64,000 bases of DNA from positions 124,001-188,000 of IMG/VR virus record IMGVR_UViG_3300032116_014939. One strand, given 5' to 3'. Made by a program: the position numbers and the translations under genes. Shown here one piece after another: positions 1 through 9,124 of the stretch. Each line of letters opens with the position of its first letter. Within the stretch, counting starts at the first letter, position 1. The notes beneath the pieces are model-generated. The model was not told the origin of the DNA. It saw nothing but the letters and a program-made list of their open reading frames with translations, and made no database searches.

Positions 1-806
1 TGATTCTTTAAAACAGAAATTTTTGTTCTGATAGCATAAGATACTGTTCTACCATTTTTAGTTGCCGTAATGTGATTAATACCAGCATTTTTCTGATTAC
101 CAAACAAGAATACAAGAGCCGATGCCAACCAAAGAGCCTCACCACCTTTTGCCTTAATTGTTGGTTGTCCAAATGGATTGTCAGGTAATTCAACCCACGG
201 TTGATTAACTACCACTAGTGTATTTGTATATGGATAGTCTTCTTTACGAGATTTGGTAATACGAGCTTGGATACCCATACCAATCTTATCTGCTAATACA
301 GATGCGTTATGTTGTTTACCACCTTTACCATCAAAGGTCATCTTACAAGGAACTGAACCAACAGAATCCCAAAGGAAACAAAGAGAATAAGGAATATTAC
401 CTTTTTCTTGTTCGTCTAATAATTCGTTGATGTAGTCTGTAACCTGTTCGATGTAATCAAAATTATCATTAAAAATAAATTGTCCGTCCCACTCACCGTC
501 AACCATCTCAGCCTTAAGACCAAGTTCTACTGCGTGGTTCCAACTCCATTTTTTCTCGGTGATAATGAAAACAGGCAAATGCCCCTTCTGCTGAGTAGAC
601 ACAGCGGCTTTGACAAGCGCGGTCGTTTTTGAAGAGTTCGAGTGACCCAAGAACATGTTGATGTTACCCAAAGCAGGGCCAGGTAAACCGCAACTATTAT
701 GGAAAGCTTCACCGACTTCATAAAAGTCTGTTTCTTTATATTTTGTCTTGGTTGAATATTTGTCTTTGATTGCATCTAACGAAAATTCTTTTTTCTTTAT
801 TGCCAT
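1..806 (-). CDS. uvsX: RecA/UvsX-like recombinase, partial (runs off the left edge; absent from the ORF track)
   Basis: Manual translation from ATG 806: MAIKKKEFSLDAIK...NMFLGHSNSSKTTALVKAA (P-loop)...FLWDSVGS (Walker B)...VVNQ...KAKGGEALW (RecA GG motif). Adjacent to the SSB gene. Confidence 0.85.
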   Translation of the reverse strand, partial: MAIKKKEFSLDAIKDKYSTKTKYKETDFYEVGEAFHNSCGLPGPALGNINMFLGHSNSSKTTALVKAAVSTQQKGHLPVFIITEKKWSWNHAVELGLKAEMVDGEWDGQFIFNDNFDYIEQVTDYINELLDEQEKGNIPYSLCFLWDSVGSVPCKMTFDGKGGKQHNASVLADKIGMGIQARITKSRKEDYPYTNTLVVVNQPWVELPDNPFGQPTIKAKGGEALWLASALVFLFGNQKNAGINHITATKNGRTVSYAIRTKISVLKN

Positions 807-848
807 AAATGTCTATGCGTTTAAATTGTTTGTTGTTTAAAAATAGCA

Positions 849-887
849 AAGGTTGGACACTTTGTGTATATTAGTGTCCAACCTTTT
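849..887. terminator. 14-bp perfect inverted repeat between ssb and uvsX (terminator or processing hairpin)
   Basis: AAAGGTTGGACACT-N11-AGTGTCCAACCTTT. Confidence 0.6.
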
Positions 888-892
888 ATAAA

Positions 893-1732
893 TTAGAATG
901 GTAAATCACCATCCGGCTCAGCCTCAGCCTGTGGGTCAACATATGAACCACCGATAGTACCTTCATCAGATGAACTATCACCGTAAACATATTTACCTAA
1001 ATCAGATGACCATCTTGGAGTTTCTCCACGAGCAATTGCCTCCAAGTACTCAACAGGTTTTTTAGAGTAAACATCTGCCCAAGTAAGTGGGTCTTCAATC
1101 CATGACTTAGCCGTTTCAGCATCTGTGTGAACAGGTGATGGGTCGTCATGCATAACTGTTTGAATAACTGTATAAGTTGCCCCTTTTGGAGTCTTAGCCT
1201 TTGTTAACTCAATGATAAGGTCACGTCCATTAACAGGGTCAGTGATATCACCTTTAGCTTTCCAAATCGGAATAATTTTGTCAAGGATACCTTCGTTCTT
1301 GTAATTGTGTTTAAAACGCCAGAACTTAACTCCGTCCGCTTCATTATCACGGTCAATTACTTTAACGATGTAAAATTTACGAGGTTTGTAAGACTTTGCG
1401 AGTTCTTTATCAGACTCTTTACCTGTTGACATTAATTCATCATGAATTTCAGTCAAAGGTGAACGCTCGTTGTCGTTCTTTCCTGGGTCATAGATTTTAT
1501 TCCATTTACCCTCAACTTGTACTTCGTGATACCATACTTCTTTGAAAGGTGATGACCCATCAGGTGTAGGTAGAATACGAAGACGTTTCTGTCCTGAGTT
1601 CTCATTTTGCGTTAAAATTGCTGCAAAATATTTTTTCATTCTGTCTTCTTGAGACATTTTGTTTGCAGAGTTACCTCCACTTTTCGCTTTTTCGTACTGA
1701 GCGAGTACAGCATCTAAGGAATTTGTCGCCAT
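893..1732 (-). CDS. ssb: Single-stranded DNA-binding protein, T4 gp32-like
   Basis: RLRILP...PFKEVWYH, KPRKFYIVKVIDR, GVKFWRF, GRDLII core; acidic tail ending DGDLPF. Confidence 0.85.
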   Translation of the reverse strand: MATNSLDAVLAQYEKAKSGGNSANKMSQEDRMKKYFAAILTQNENSGQKRLRILPTPDGSSPFKEVWYHEVQVEGKWNKIYDPGKNDNERSPLTEIHDELMSTGKESDKELAKSYKPRKFYIVKVIDRDNEADGVKFWRFKHNYKNEGILDKIIPIWKAKGDITDPVNGRDLIIELTKAKTPKGATYTVIQTVMHDDPSPVHTDAETAKSWIEDPLTWADVYSKKPVEYLEAIARGETPRWSSDLGKYVYGDSSSDEGTIGGSYVDPQAEAEPDGDLPF

Positions 1733-1761
1733 TTTGTGTATATAATTTATTAGTTAATATT

Positions 1762-1793
1762 CAAGTATAAGTGTGTCAGCCGTGATAATCAAA
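1762..1793 (-). promoter_or_regulatory. Bacteroidota-type housekeeping promoter upstream of ssb
   Basis: Minus strand TTTG-N20-TATACTTG, matching the -33/-7 consensus TTTG-N19-21-TAnnTTTG. Confidence 0.6.
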
Positions 1794-1801
1794 TTTGAAA
1801 T

Positions 1802-2467
1802 TTAGAATTTCAAAGGTTTGTATTGTGTTTCTTCTCCGTAATCGTTAAAAGTTGTTTTAATTTCTGAAGGAGTGAAATCTTCAACTTCATCAGTTGTTAA
1901 AATATATTCATTTTTTCCTGATTTTTCAATATCTTCTTGTTTGTCAACAAAAAAATCAGTTAATTTTTGATTAAATGGCCCTGAGTCTAAACTTCTTAAT
2001 TCAAGTTTTTCTTGTGGAGTTTTTTCTCTGTATTTTTCAATCTTAGCCTCGATATCATTTAATTTAGTAAAAATATTTTCCATATTACTTAACTTACTTT
2101 CTAAATCAGTTAATTGATTAAATAAGTTATTAAAATATTCTTCTTGTTTTGTTTCAATATTTTGTTGTGATTTTACTAAATCAGTAATTTCTAATTCTTC
2201 AGTTTCAGAAGATTCCCCTTCATCACCTACTTTTTCAACATCAGGGTCATTTGCAACATCAATAGGTTGAGCATCCGCCGGTGGAGGTGTCACTCCCGCT
2301 TCAGGTGCCGGTGGTAAAGCTCCAGCGTCAGGTGCTGCAGGTGCCGCCAATGGGTCTTCACCAGGTACAGGTGGTAATCCCGCTTCTTGTTCGGTGATAT
2401 AATTATTAATCTTATTATATCTTTTTAATTCTTCCAAAATTGTTTCTGAAATTCCCATTTTAACCAT
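1802..2467 (-). CDS. Late hypothetical protein, Pro/Ala-rich linker plus coiled coil (possible head internal or scaffold protein)
   Basis: N-terminal ILEELKRYNKINNYITEQ; PPVPGEDPLAAPAAPDAGALPPAP tract; heptad region LFNQLTDLESKLSNMENIFTKLNDIEAKIEKY. Confidence 0.7.
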   Translation of the reverse strand: MVKMGISETILEELKRYNKINNYITEQEAGLPPVPGEDPLAAPAAPDAGALPPAPEAGVTPPPADAQPIDVANDPDVEKVGDEGESSETEELEITDLVKSQQNIETKQEEYFNNLFNQLTDLESKLSNMENIFTKLNDIEAKIEKYREKTPQEKLELRSLDSGPFNQKLTDFFVDKQEDIEKSGKNEYILTTDEVEDFTPSEIKTTFNDYGEETQYKPLKF

Positions 2468-2684
2468 TTAATAATTGTTTGAAACCTTGAGTTGTTTCTA
2501 CGTTTATTTTTTTATTAGTATTAAGAGTATTATTAACTCTCTCAATTAAACCATCTTTCATTCTGATTGTATAACAATCACCAGTATCTAAATCACACAC
2601 CTCTTTAAAACCATTTCCTTTGTCAGTTTCAGTAATTCTTGTACTCTTACCTAAGTATCTGTCTAAAATTTGTTTAGTGTTCAT
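2460..2684 (-). CDS. Hypothetical late protein
   Basis: 74 aa ORF directly downstream of a TATTTATA motif, coupled to the next gene; CDLDTGDC motif. Confidence 0.7.
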   Translation of the reverse strand: MNTKQILDRYLGKSTRITETDKGNGFKEVCDLDTGDCYTIRMKDGLIERVNNTLNTNKKINVETTQGFKQLLNG

Positions 2685-2697
2685 AATATTATTTTAT

Positions 2698-2705
2698 TAT
2701 AAATA
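2698..2705 (-). promoter_or_regulatory. Putative late promoter TATTTATA
   Basis: Motif recurs just upstream of most structural genes. Confidence 0.65.
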
Positions 2706-2721
2706 TTCGTCAATAATGAAA

Positions 2722-5700
2722 TTACTCACTAATAGGAATAATACTTTGGTAAATATCAAATCCTTTTTTAATTTTACTTAACAGTTTTTGATAATTTTCG
2801 TTATTGGTTTGTATATAGTCATTAAAAATTGTTGGAGTATTAACTACTTTATTATAAGGGAAATATTCTATCCAAAATTTTGAAAATTCATTTGCAAACG
2901 TATCTTTGTTTATTATATCATTTACGTTATTATTAATGTAATCAGGGTATGCCGCAATCATAAAATCATATAAACTGTTTTCTCTTTCAAAGACTGCATA
3001 TGTTTGTGTATATTGGCTGGTGTTAGTTAAACACATGAAATTTGAAGTAATATAGTTTTTAAGTTCACCATGGTAATCGTAATCTAATGTTACTCCCGCG
3101 ATATTATTACCAAAAAACTGCAAACGATTTGTTGTTTCATTTATAGATAATCCTGATTCAATCCAACAACTAATAAAAATACAAAGTCGAACTTTATCAG
3201 TTGTAGGCAATACTTTAATTGCCGAAACAATAACATCAACACCTTCATTTTTAGTAAGCCCTGTGTATTTTGTATAATTAGAGTAAGCTTCATCTTTATT
3301 ACAATTTGGGGTATTAGACATTATTTTACCACCAATTATAGAATTAGTTATACTATTTTTTATTTGTACAGAATTGTTTGGTATACCTGTAGTAGACCCA
3401 CCTTGATTTTTAAATGTACTACCTAAATTAGTTAATAATTGTTTTTTAATTGTTTGGAAAAGTGTATCCACTTTTGGTAATGTAGCAACCGCCTGTCTTG
3501 TACCCGTAAATGATGTTGTAAAATCATCTAATCCTATACTATGGTTCACTTCAGTAATAAAATAAGACCCTGCAAATAATGGTATATTTCTTAAAACAAA
3601 ATACATTGATGGTTGAATCATTACGTTACCCATTGATTCAACAGACGCAGCGTAACTTCTAGTTTTATAAATGTTATATAAACTAACACTTTGTGTTGAT
3701 GTTTGAATTCCAGCACTTGAGTTAGCTAAATTATACTCAGCCATTAAGGATTCACTTGTTGCCTTACCTAAATCCTGACTTACATTTATTTTTTTGAAAA
3801 CTCCTTGATTTTGTAATTCAAAGTCAACCGCAAAACCAACTATTCTATTTTCTAAAGAAAAGTTTCTTTTTTGAGACGCATCAACCCCAACAGAATTTTC
3901 AGCACATATTGTAATATCTAAACCATCATCTTTATATCCATTAAGTTTGGATTTGTTATCCGTTTGTTGTGAAGGTTTATCAACAAATATATTTAACATT
4001 TTTGGTTTTGAGCTTTGATAATCAACAGTATCAAATGTTCCAAATAAATTGTTCGCAAATTCATTTGGTTCAGTATTTTTTGAAGTATCATCCTGTCCAG
4101 TTGGAGTTTGTCTTCCATAAAAATTAATGTATGATGGCATTAAAAAACTAACAAAATTATGGTCTTTTATTATTGAACCGACAACTGTAAAAACGTTTGA
4201 TTTAAGATTTGCACCTTTTAAATACGAATTAACTTTTGTAATATCAACAAATATATCACCAACATTTCTATTTGCTCTGTCAACAAATAAATAATCTTTA
4301 AATAAAGGAGCGTCAGAGTTTTCATCAATTTTTGTATAATCATTTCCAGCAATCCATTTATCATTAATTGCTTTAAACATATCATATAATTCAACTTTAC
4401 TTTGAAACCCTTCTAAAACCGAATCAATTTTTTCAGTATTTGTATTACCACCACCTAATTTTTTTTGTAAAGATGTGATAAAATTTGTGAAAGTTTCACC
4501 CGATAAATTATCAGTAATATTTAAATAAGTGTCTATTTTATTTTTAAAAACATCAATATTTCCAGAATTACCCAAAATTGATGTTGTTCCATACATTTTA
4601 ATTAAATTTCTAAATAATTTAATATTATCAACTGTAAAACCTATATTGAAAACTCTAAAGAAGTTAGTTAAATAATTTTCAGAAGCGTCGTAGTTTAATC
4701 CATCAATTGTTGAAAATCCGACATAAAGTTCCATAGTATTCCACTCGTTTGGATATAGAGCCTTTGATTCACTATAAGTTATACCAAAGTTAGTCGGCAC
4801 TGAATTTGGCGTTATCTCATAGTTTGGGATATTATATCGATTTACTATTTCAGGAGACGGATTTGATGAGAGTATATTAAACAAATTTTTATCAAACCCA
4901 GTCGGATTTCCTCGTTTAATTAAAATATCGTATTGTAACGAGTTTGTTATTGTTGTACTAACATCATAACTTTGTGAAATGGCAATACTTTTAACAATTT
5001 CGTTATAGTTAACTCCAATAATATTCTCAGATTTTTCATTATAGAATGTTATTTTTTTAAGTATTGACTCAAAAGAATAAACACTTGAACTTCCCTGATT
5101 TGCAAATTTTAAAAATTCAATTTCAAAATTATTTAATTCTTCAGTATCAAAAACAGAAAATAATTCTTCAATGTTTGAATAAATAAATTCAGAAAATAAT
5201 TCAAAACTTACTTGTTCTTGTTTATCGGAATAAACTTTTTTAAGATATTCATTATAACTAGATTTTCTAATTGGTGTTGTATTAAAATACCCATAGTTAG
5301 GTGCTCCCCAAAATAACCTTACCGAACCGTTATGAATACTTGGATTGTTTGAAAGTGAGATTATGTTATTATTATTGCCGTCAAAACATTCTTTTTTAAT
5401 TTGATTAGTTGTTGTACCAAAAGAAGGACATATTGTATAAGACTCCTCACCTTCCGAATTACTAACTTTAATTAAAACAGTCCAAGTTTTTAAATTAATG
5501 TTTGAAGATTGGATATTTGATTGGTCAGCATTAAATAAAATAATTTCTCGGTTATCAAGTGCGGTTTGTAATGCGTTTTGTATATCTAATGAAGTTGTGA
5601 CTGAGTTTGGGTTATATAAATAAGAACCATTATGTAAAAAATAAAAATCATTTACCAGTTTTGGATAAAATCCAATATGATAATTTATTGATGATGTTTG

Positions 5701-8700
5701 GGTATTTTCTAATGTAATTGATGTTGTATTAAATGTTTCTGAAGACAAAACATAAGTAGTTGATGCCAAATTGTTAATCGGGTCAAAATTATTTAAATAA
5801 TTAAAATTAGTCCAAATAGGTGTAATATAATCAGTCCCATCATTAACATAATTTTTATATCGGTTCCAAATTGAACCTAATTTCAAAATCCAAAAGTATG
5901 GTAACCTATGAACACCACCAAATTTCTTTAAACCAGCAAAAATAAAATCAGAATATGTATTTAAATTATTTTCAAATGACAAATATCTTTCTTTTAATGT
6001 TGATAAAGGTAAACTGTTTAAGAAAAGATAAGACGCTTCTAAATAGGCACTACTTTGACCATTTAAAGTTGCGTTAATACCTTTTTGTATTGCGTTAATA
6101 AAATAAGGTGTATTAAGAATTGAAGTTGTTTGTTTATTGGTTAATTCAGAGTCAATGTAATTAATAAACCCTTCTGTCGGTAAAAATTCTGTAGATTTTC
6201 TATTATTATAAAAAGTTTGTAAATCAACAGGTAGTGTTATTTCATTAGACCTCCAATTATAATCAGTATATGGTCGTAGTTTTGTTTTATTACCATTAGT
6301 ACCGACAACTGAAGAGTCTTCAAAATTTGTAACTTTTTTAAAGTATGTGTTATAATAAATTGAAAACTCTGTTGAGTTTATGTTTTTAAACTTTGTATTA
6401 TTTTGTCCCGCAGCTAAATTAGCGTAATTCCAATTTGAATCAATATATGGATATGTATCAGTAAAACTAATGTCATTATGGACATTAGAATTTAAATAAT
6501 TTACCATGTATTTTTCTTTGTCATTGGTTATTTGAATTGTTGGTAAATCTTCAAATAAAATTTTATTCGGATTTTCATTAACTTCTCTTTTTAAATAATC
6601 AGTTACAAAATACCCTTGTGAATAAATTGAATAATCCTGTTGTAAATTAACAAGTTCAGAAAAATAAGAATCTTTAGTAAAGTTCGATGTTTTAAAAAGA
6701 AAATTTAATCTTGGTGAATTTTCTCGATTACCCGAATTTAAAGCGTTAAATACATTCAGACTTTCTGTTTCAGCTAAGTAGTTTAATATATTTTGATTAG
6801 TTGAACTGTCATTATTTTTTTGAAATCCGTTATATTGTGTTATTGTTTGAATTCTTTCCCAAACTTCATATAAAAATTTACTTTCAGTTAAATTACTATA
6901 TGGCTCATTACTTGGTAACGTATCAAACCCTGAAATTAAAATTCGATTAATACCTTCATTAGTCGGTGTTGGTGGGATTGGGGGTATTTCTCTTTGTAAA
7001 TAACCTTTTAAAAACTCTTCGACAAACTCGACTTCAGGCCAAATAGTATAATTATTTCCTTTAGTTATCGATATAACTGAATTATCGCCAGGATATTGTA
7101 TTTCAAATTTCACTTGACCATCAATATTTTTTTCAACTACAAATTGAGGCCAAGGATATACAGGTGATAACTGTGATGCAGAATCATTTTTAGTTACTAA
7201 CTTTTTTATTTCACTGTTTCTAACATCAAATGCTTTTTTATGAACATCTTGCATTAATCTTAAAAAGGCCTCTGCAGATGCCATGATAACCGCAACTACA
7301 TTTCTTATTGTTGGTGAAAATCCTAATCCACTTGTTGTTTGTATAAAACTTGATAATTCTTTAGTAAGTTTATCTTCAATTAATGTTTTTTTATCATTTA
7401 ATATTTTATCTAACTCATATGTTAAATCTAAAAATCTACTTGCCCCATCAAATTGAAATAAAAATCCAACTTCACTTTCTTTAAAAATATTTTTTAAATT
7501 ATCAATCTCATTGACAATTGATGTGACTTGGTCTTGATTTACTGTTTCCACATTATTTCTTTGTTTATATGTTTCAACATAATCAATATTAGTATCATCA
7601 GTTCTTATATTTTGAATATCTATTGGGTTTTCAATTTTATATTCACCTGAACCAAAAGTTGTATTATTTTTTAAATTTTCATTATTTTGTGTAATAATTG
7701 ATTGTAATTTAGAATATTGGGAATCAATATCACTGATTGCAACTGTATCTAATTTTTGAAAATTTGATAACTTATAAGTGTAGATTTTATATCTGACATT
7801 ATTGATTGGGTTTGAAATAAAGAAATTCGTAGCATCTAAATTTAGATTAAACCACGAAGTAGTAAAATTATAAATTTCTCCACGATATTGTGTTAAATCT
7901 TGTGAGTATGTATCAATATCATTAAGCGGTGTTAGATTTGATTGACCAAATTTTGCTAAACTATAATTGATAAAATTATCCAATTTTGTTGATAACTGTT
8001 GTACCGTTAATTCGGGGAAATCTTTCGGAATTAATCCTAAGTTTTTATAATCAGTATAAACATCTCTAATCTTTTCATACCCAAGTTGAGTTATTTGTTG
8101 GGTATTAGTTTGTGTTTGATTTCCAGTATTTTCACCTTGTGACACATTAGTTCTTTTAAGATACATCTGTGGAACCGCAAAAAGTTCCGCCATTGTAATA
8201 TCGGTTAACACATTAAACTTATAACCAATCATTACCAAACTAATATCAAAATTACCTGTAGATGAATTAAATGAAGATGTAAATTTTTGTAAAATTAATG
8301 GGTATCTAACCGCCTTACCATAGTAACCTTTAAGTGTTAAATAAAATGTTGGGTATGGTAAATTAAAAAACGCAGAATATGGTGAATTTTCACCACTTTC
8401 AAATAGAGCTCTACCTTTAATATCTTCTAAATTTATTGTAATTGTTGGGATATAACTTAAACCTACTCGGTATGAAATCCCTTTTATTCCAAGAAGTTGA
8501 TTAGCAATTTGGTTTTGATTAGCAGTTGTGTCTTGTATTCCCGTCCATTCAGTAGTTAACGCACCTGTCCCTGTAGGATTTAAAAAATTCATACTTGCCA
8601 ATGAAACTGTTTTTACAGTGGTTTTGTCCGCCCCTGAAATTAGTCTACTTCTTGGTTCAAGGTCACACTCTAAATTAGCGTAATAAATTAAGTTTTCTTG

Positions 8701-8811
8701 TTTTATATTTCTATCTTCCGCATTACCATATTGGTTAGTAACCTTATTTGGGTTAATAACAAAAATGTTATCACATGTACTTGGAAAAACGTATATATTC
8801 TCACTGTCCAT
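2722..8811 (-). CDS. Baseplate hub protein (T4 gp27/P2 gpD-like) with large insertions and a possible C-terminal muralytic domain
   Basis: N-terminal GIKGISYRVG...PTITINLEDIKG; C-terminal hub signature GSYFITEVNHSIG..FTTSFTGTR; follows the gpU/gpX-like genes. Confidence 0.65.
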   Translation of the reverse strand: MDSENIYVFPSTCDNIFVINPNKVTNQYGNAEDRNIKQENLIYYANLECDLEPRSRLISGADKTTVKTVSLASMNFLNPTGTGALTTEWTGIQDTTANQNQIANQLLGIKGISYRVGLSYIPTITINLEDIKGRALFESGENSPYSAFFNLPYPTFYLTLKGYYGKAVRYPLILQKFTSSFNSSTGNFDISLVMIGYKFNVLTDITMAELFAVPQMYLKRTNVSQGENTGNQTQTNTQQITQLGYEKIRDVYTDYKNLGLIPKDFPELTVQQLSTKLDNFINYSLAKFGQSNLTPLNDIDTYSQDLTQYRGEIYNFTTSWFNLNLDATNFFISNPINNVRYKIYTYKLSNFQKLDTVAISDIDSQYSKLQSIITQNNENLKNNTTFGSGEYKIENPIDIQNIRTDDTNIDYVETYKQRNNVETVNQDQVTSIVNEIDNLKNIFKESEVGFLFQFDGASRFLDLTYELDKILNDKKTLIEDKLTKELSSFIQTTSGLGFSPTIRNVVAVIMASAEAFLRLMQDVHKKAFDVRNSEIKKLVTKNDSASQLSPVYPWPQFVVEKNIDGQVKFEIQYPGDNSVISITKGNNYTIWPEVEFVEEFLKGYLQREIPPIPPTPTNEGINRILISGFDTLPSNEPYSNLTESKFLYEVWERIQTITQYNGFQKNNDSSTNQNILNYLAETESLNVFNALNSGNRENSPRLNFLFKTSNFTKDSYFSELVNLQQDYSIYSQGYFVTDYLKREVNENPNKILFEDLPTIQITNDKEKYMVNYLNSNVHNDISFTDTYPYIDSNWNYANLAAGQNNTKFKNINSTEFSIYYNTYFKKVTNFEDSSVVGTNGNKTKLRPYTDYNWRSNEITLPVDLQTFYNNRKSTEFLPTEGFINYIDSELTNKQTTSILNTPYFINAIQKGINATLNGQSSAYLEASYLFLNSLPLSTLKERYLSFENNLNTYSDFIFAGLKKFGGVHRLPYFWILKLGSIWNRYKNYVNDGTDYITPIWTNFNYLNNFDPINNLASTTYVLSSETFNTTSITLENTQTSSINYHIGFYPKLVNDFYFLHNGSYLYNPNSVTTSLDIQNALQTALDNREIILFNADQSNIQSSNINLKTWTVLIKVSNSEGEESYTICPSFGTTTNQIKKECFDGNNNNIISLSNNPSIHNGSVRLFWGAPNYGYFNTTPIRKSSYNEYLKKVYSDKQEQVSFELFSEFIYSNIEELFSVFDTEELNNFEIEFLKFANQGSSSVYSFESILKKITFYNEKSENIIGVNYNEIVKSIAISQSYDVSTTITNSLQYDILIKRGNPTGFDKNLFNILSSNPSPEIVNRYNIPNYEITPNSVPTNFGITYSESKALYPNEWNTMELYVGFSTIDGLNYDASENYLTNFFRVFNIGFTVDNIKLFRNLIKMYGTTSILGNSGNIDVFKNKIDTYLNITDNLSGETFTNFITSLQKKLGGGNTNTEKIDSVLEGFQSKVELYDMFKAINDKWIAGNDYTKIDENSDAPLFKDYLFVDRANRNVGDIFVDITKVNSYLKGANLKSNVFTVVGSIIKDHNFVSFLMPSYINFYGRQTPTGQDDTSKNTEPNEFANNLFGTFDTVDYQSSKPKMLNIFVDKPSQQTDNKSKLNGYKDDGLDITICAENSVGVDASQKRNFSLENRIVGFAVDFELQNQGVFKKINVSQDLGKATSESLMAEYNLANSSAGIQTSTQSVSLYNIYKTRSYAASVESMGNVMIQPSMYFVLRNIPLFAGSYFITEVNHSIGLDDFTTSFTGTRQAVATLPKVDTLFQTIKKQLLTNLGSTFKNQGGSTTGIPNNSVQIKNSITNSIIGGKIMSNTPNCNKDEAYSNYTKYTGLTKNEGVDVIVSAIKVLPTTDKVRLCIFISCWIESGLSINETTNRLQFFGNNIAGVTLDYDYHGELKNYITSNFMCLTNTSQYTQTYAVFERENSLYDFMIAAYPDYINNNVNDIINKDTFANEFSKFWIEYFPYNKVVNTPTIFNDYIQTNNENYQKLLSKIKKGFDIYQSIIPISE

Positions 8812-9124
8812 AATAATAGAAATATTCTTTCACTGCTGTTTTATAATCTAACAAAGAACTCAATAAAGGGAATGGTATATTCAGCACGGCATTATCAGGA
8901 ATATTTAATTCAGAACCACTATATTGTGGATTTGACTGTAATATCAACCAACCATAAAATGGTGAGTTATAATATAACTGAGAAACTTTATCTAATCTTG
9001 ATACCCCTAACTTATAGATGTATTTCTTATCAGTAGTTTTTAATGGAATATTAACAAAAGGGATATATGTAGTTGTTCCATCAACAGTAAAATTTTGGTA
9101 TCTATTGTAATATTCGTTAGCCAT
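8801..9124 (-). CDS. LysM/P2 gpX-like baseplate protein
   Basis: YIYKLGVSRLDKVSQLYYNSPFYGWLILQSNP...LNIP pattern; canonical position before the hub. Confidence 0.7.
   Translation of the reverse strand: MANEYYNRYQNFTVDGTTTYIPFVNIPLKTTDKKYIYKLGVSRLDKVSQLYYNSPFYGWLILQSNPQYSGSELNIPDNAVLNIPFPLLSSLLDYKTAVKEYFYYYGQ

Noticed and set aside
8-775. ORF-track entries 8..193 and 527..775
   Set aside because: Out-of-frame shadows inside the real RecA/UvsX ORF starting at 806, which the track missed because it has no stop codon in the window.
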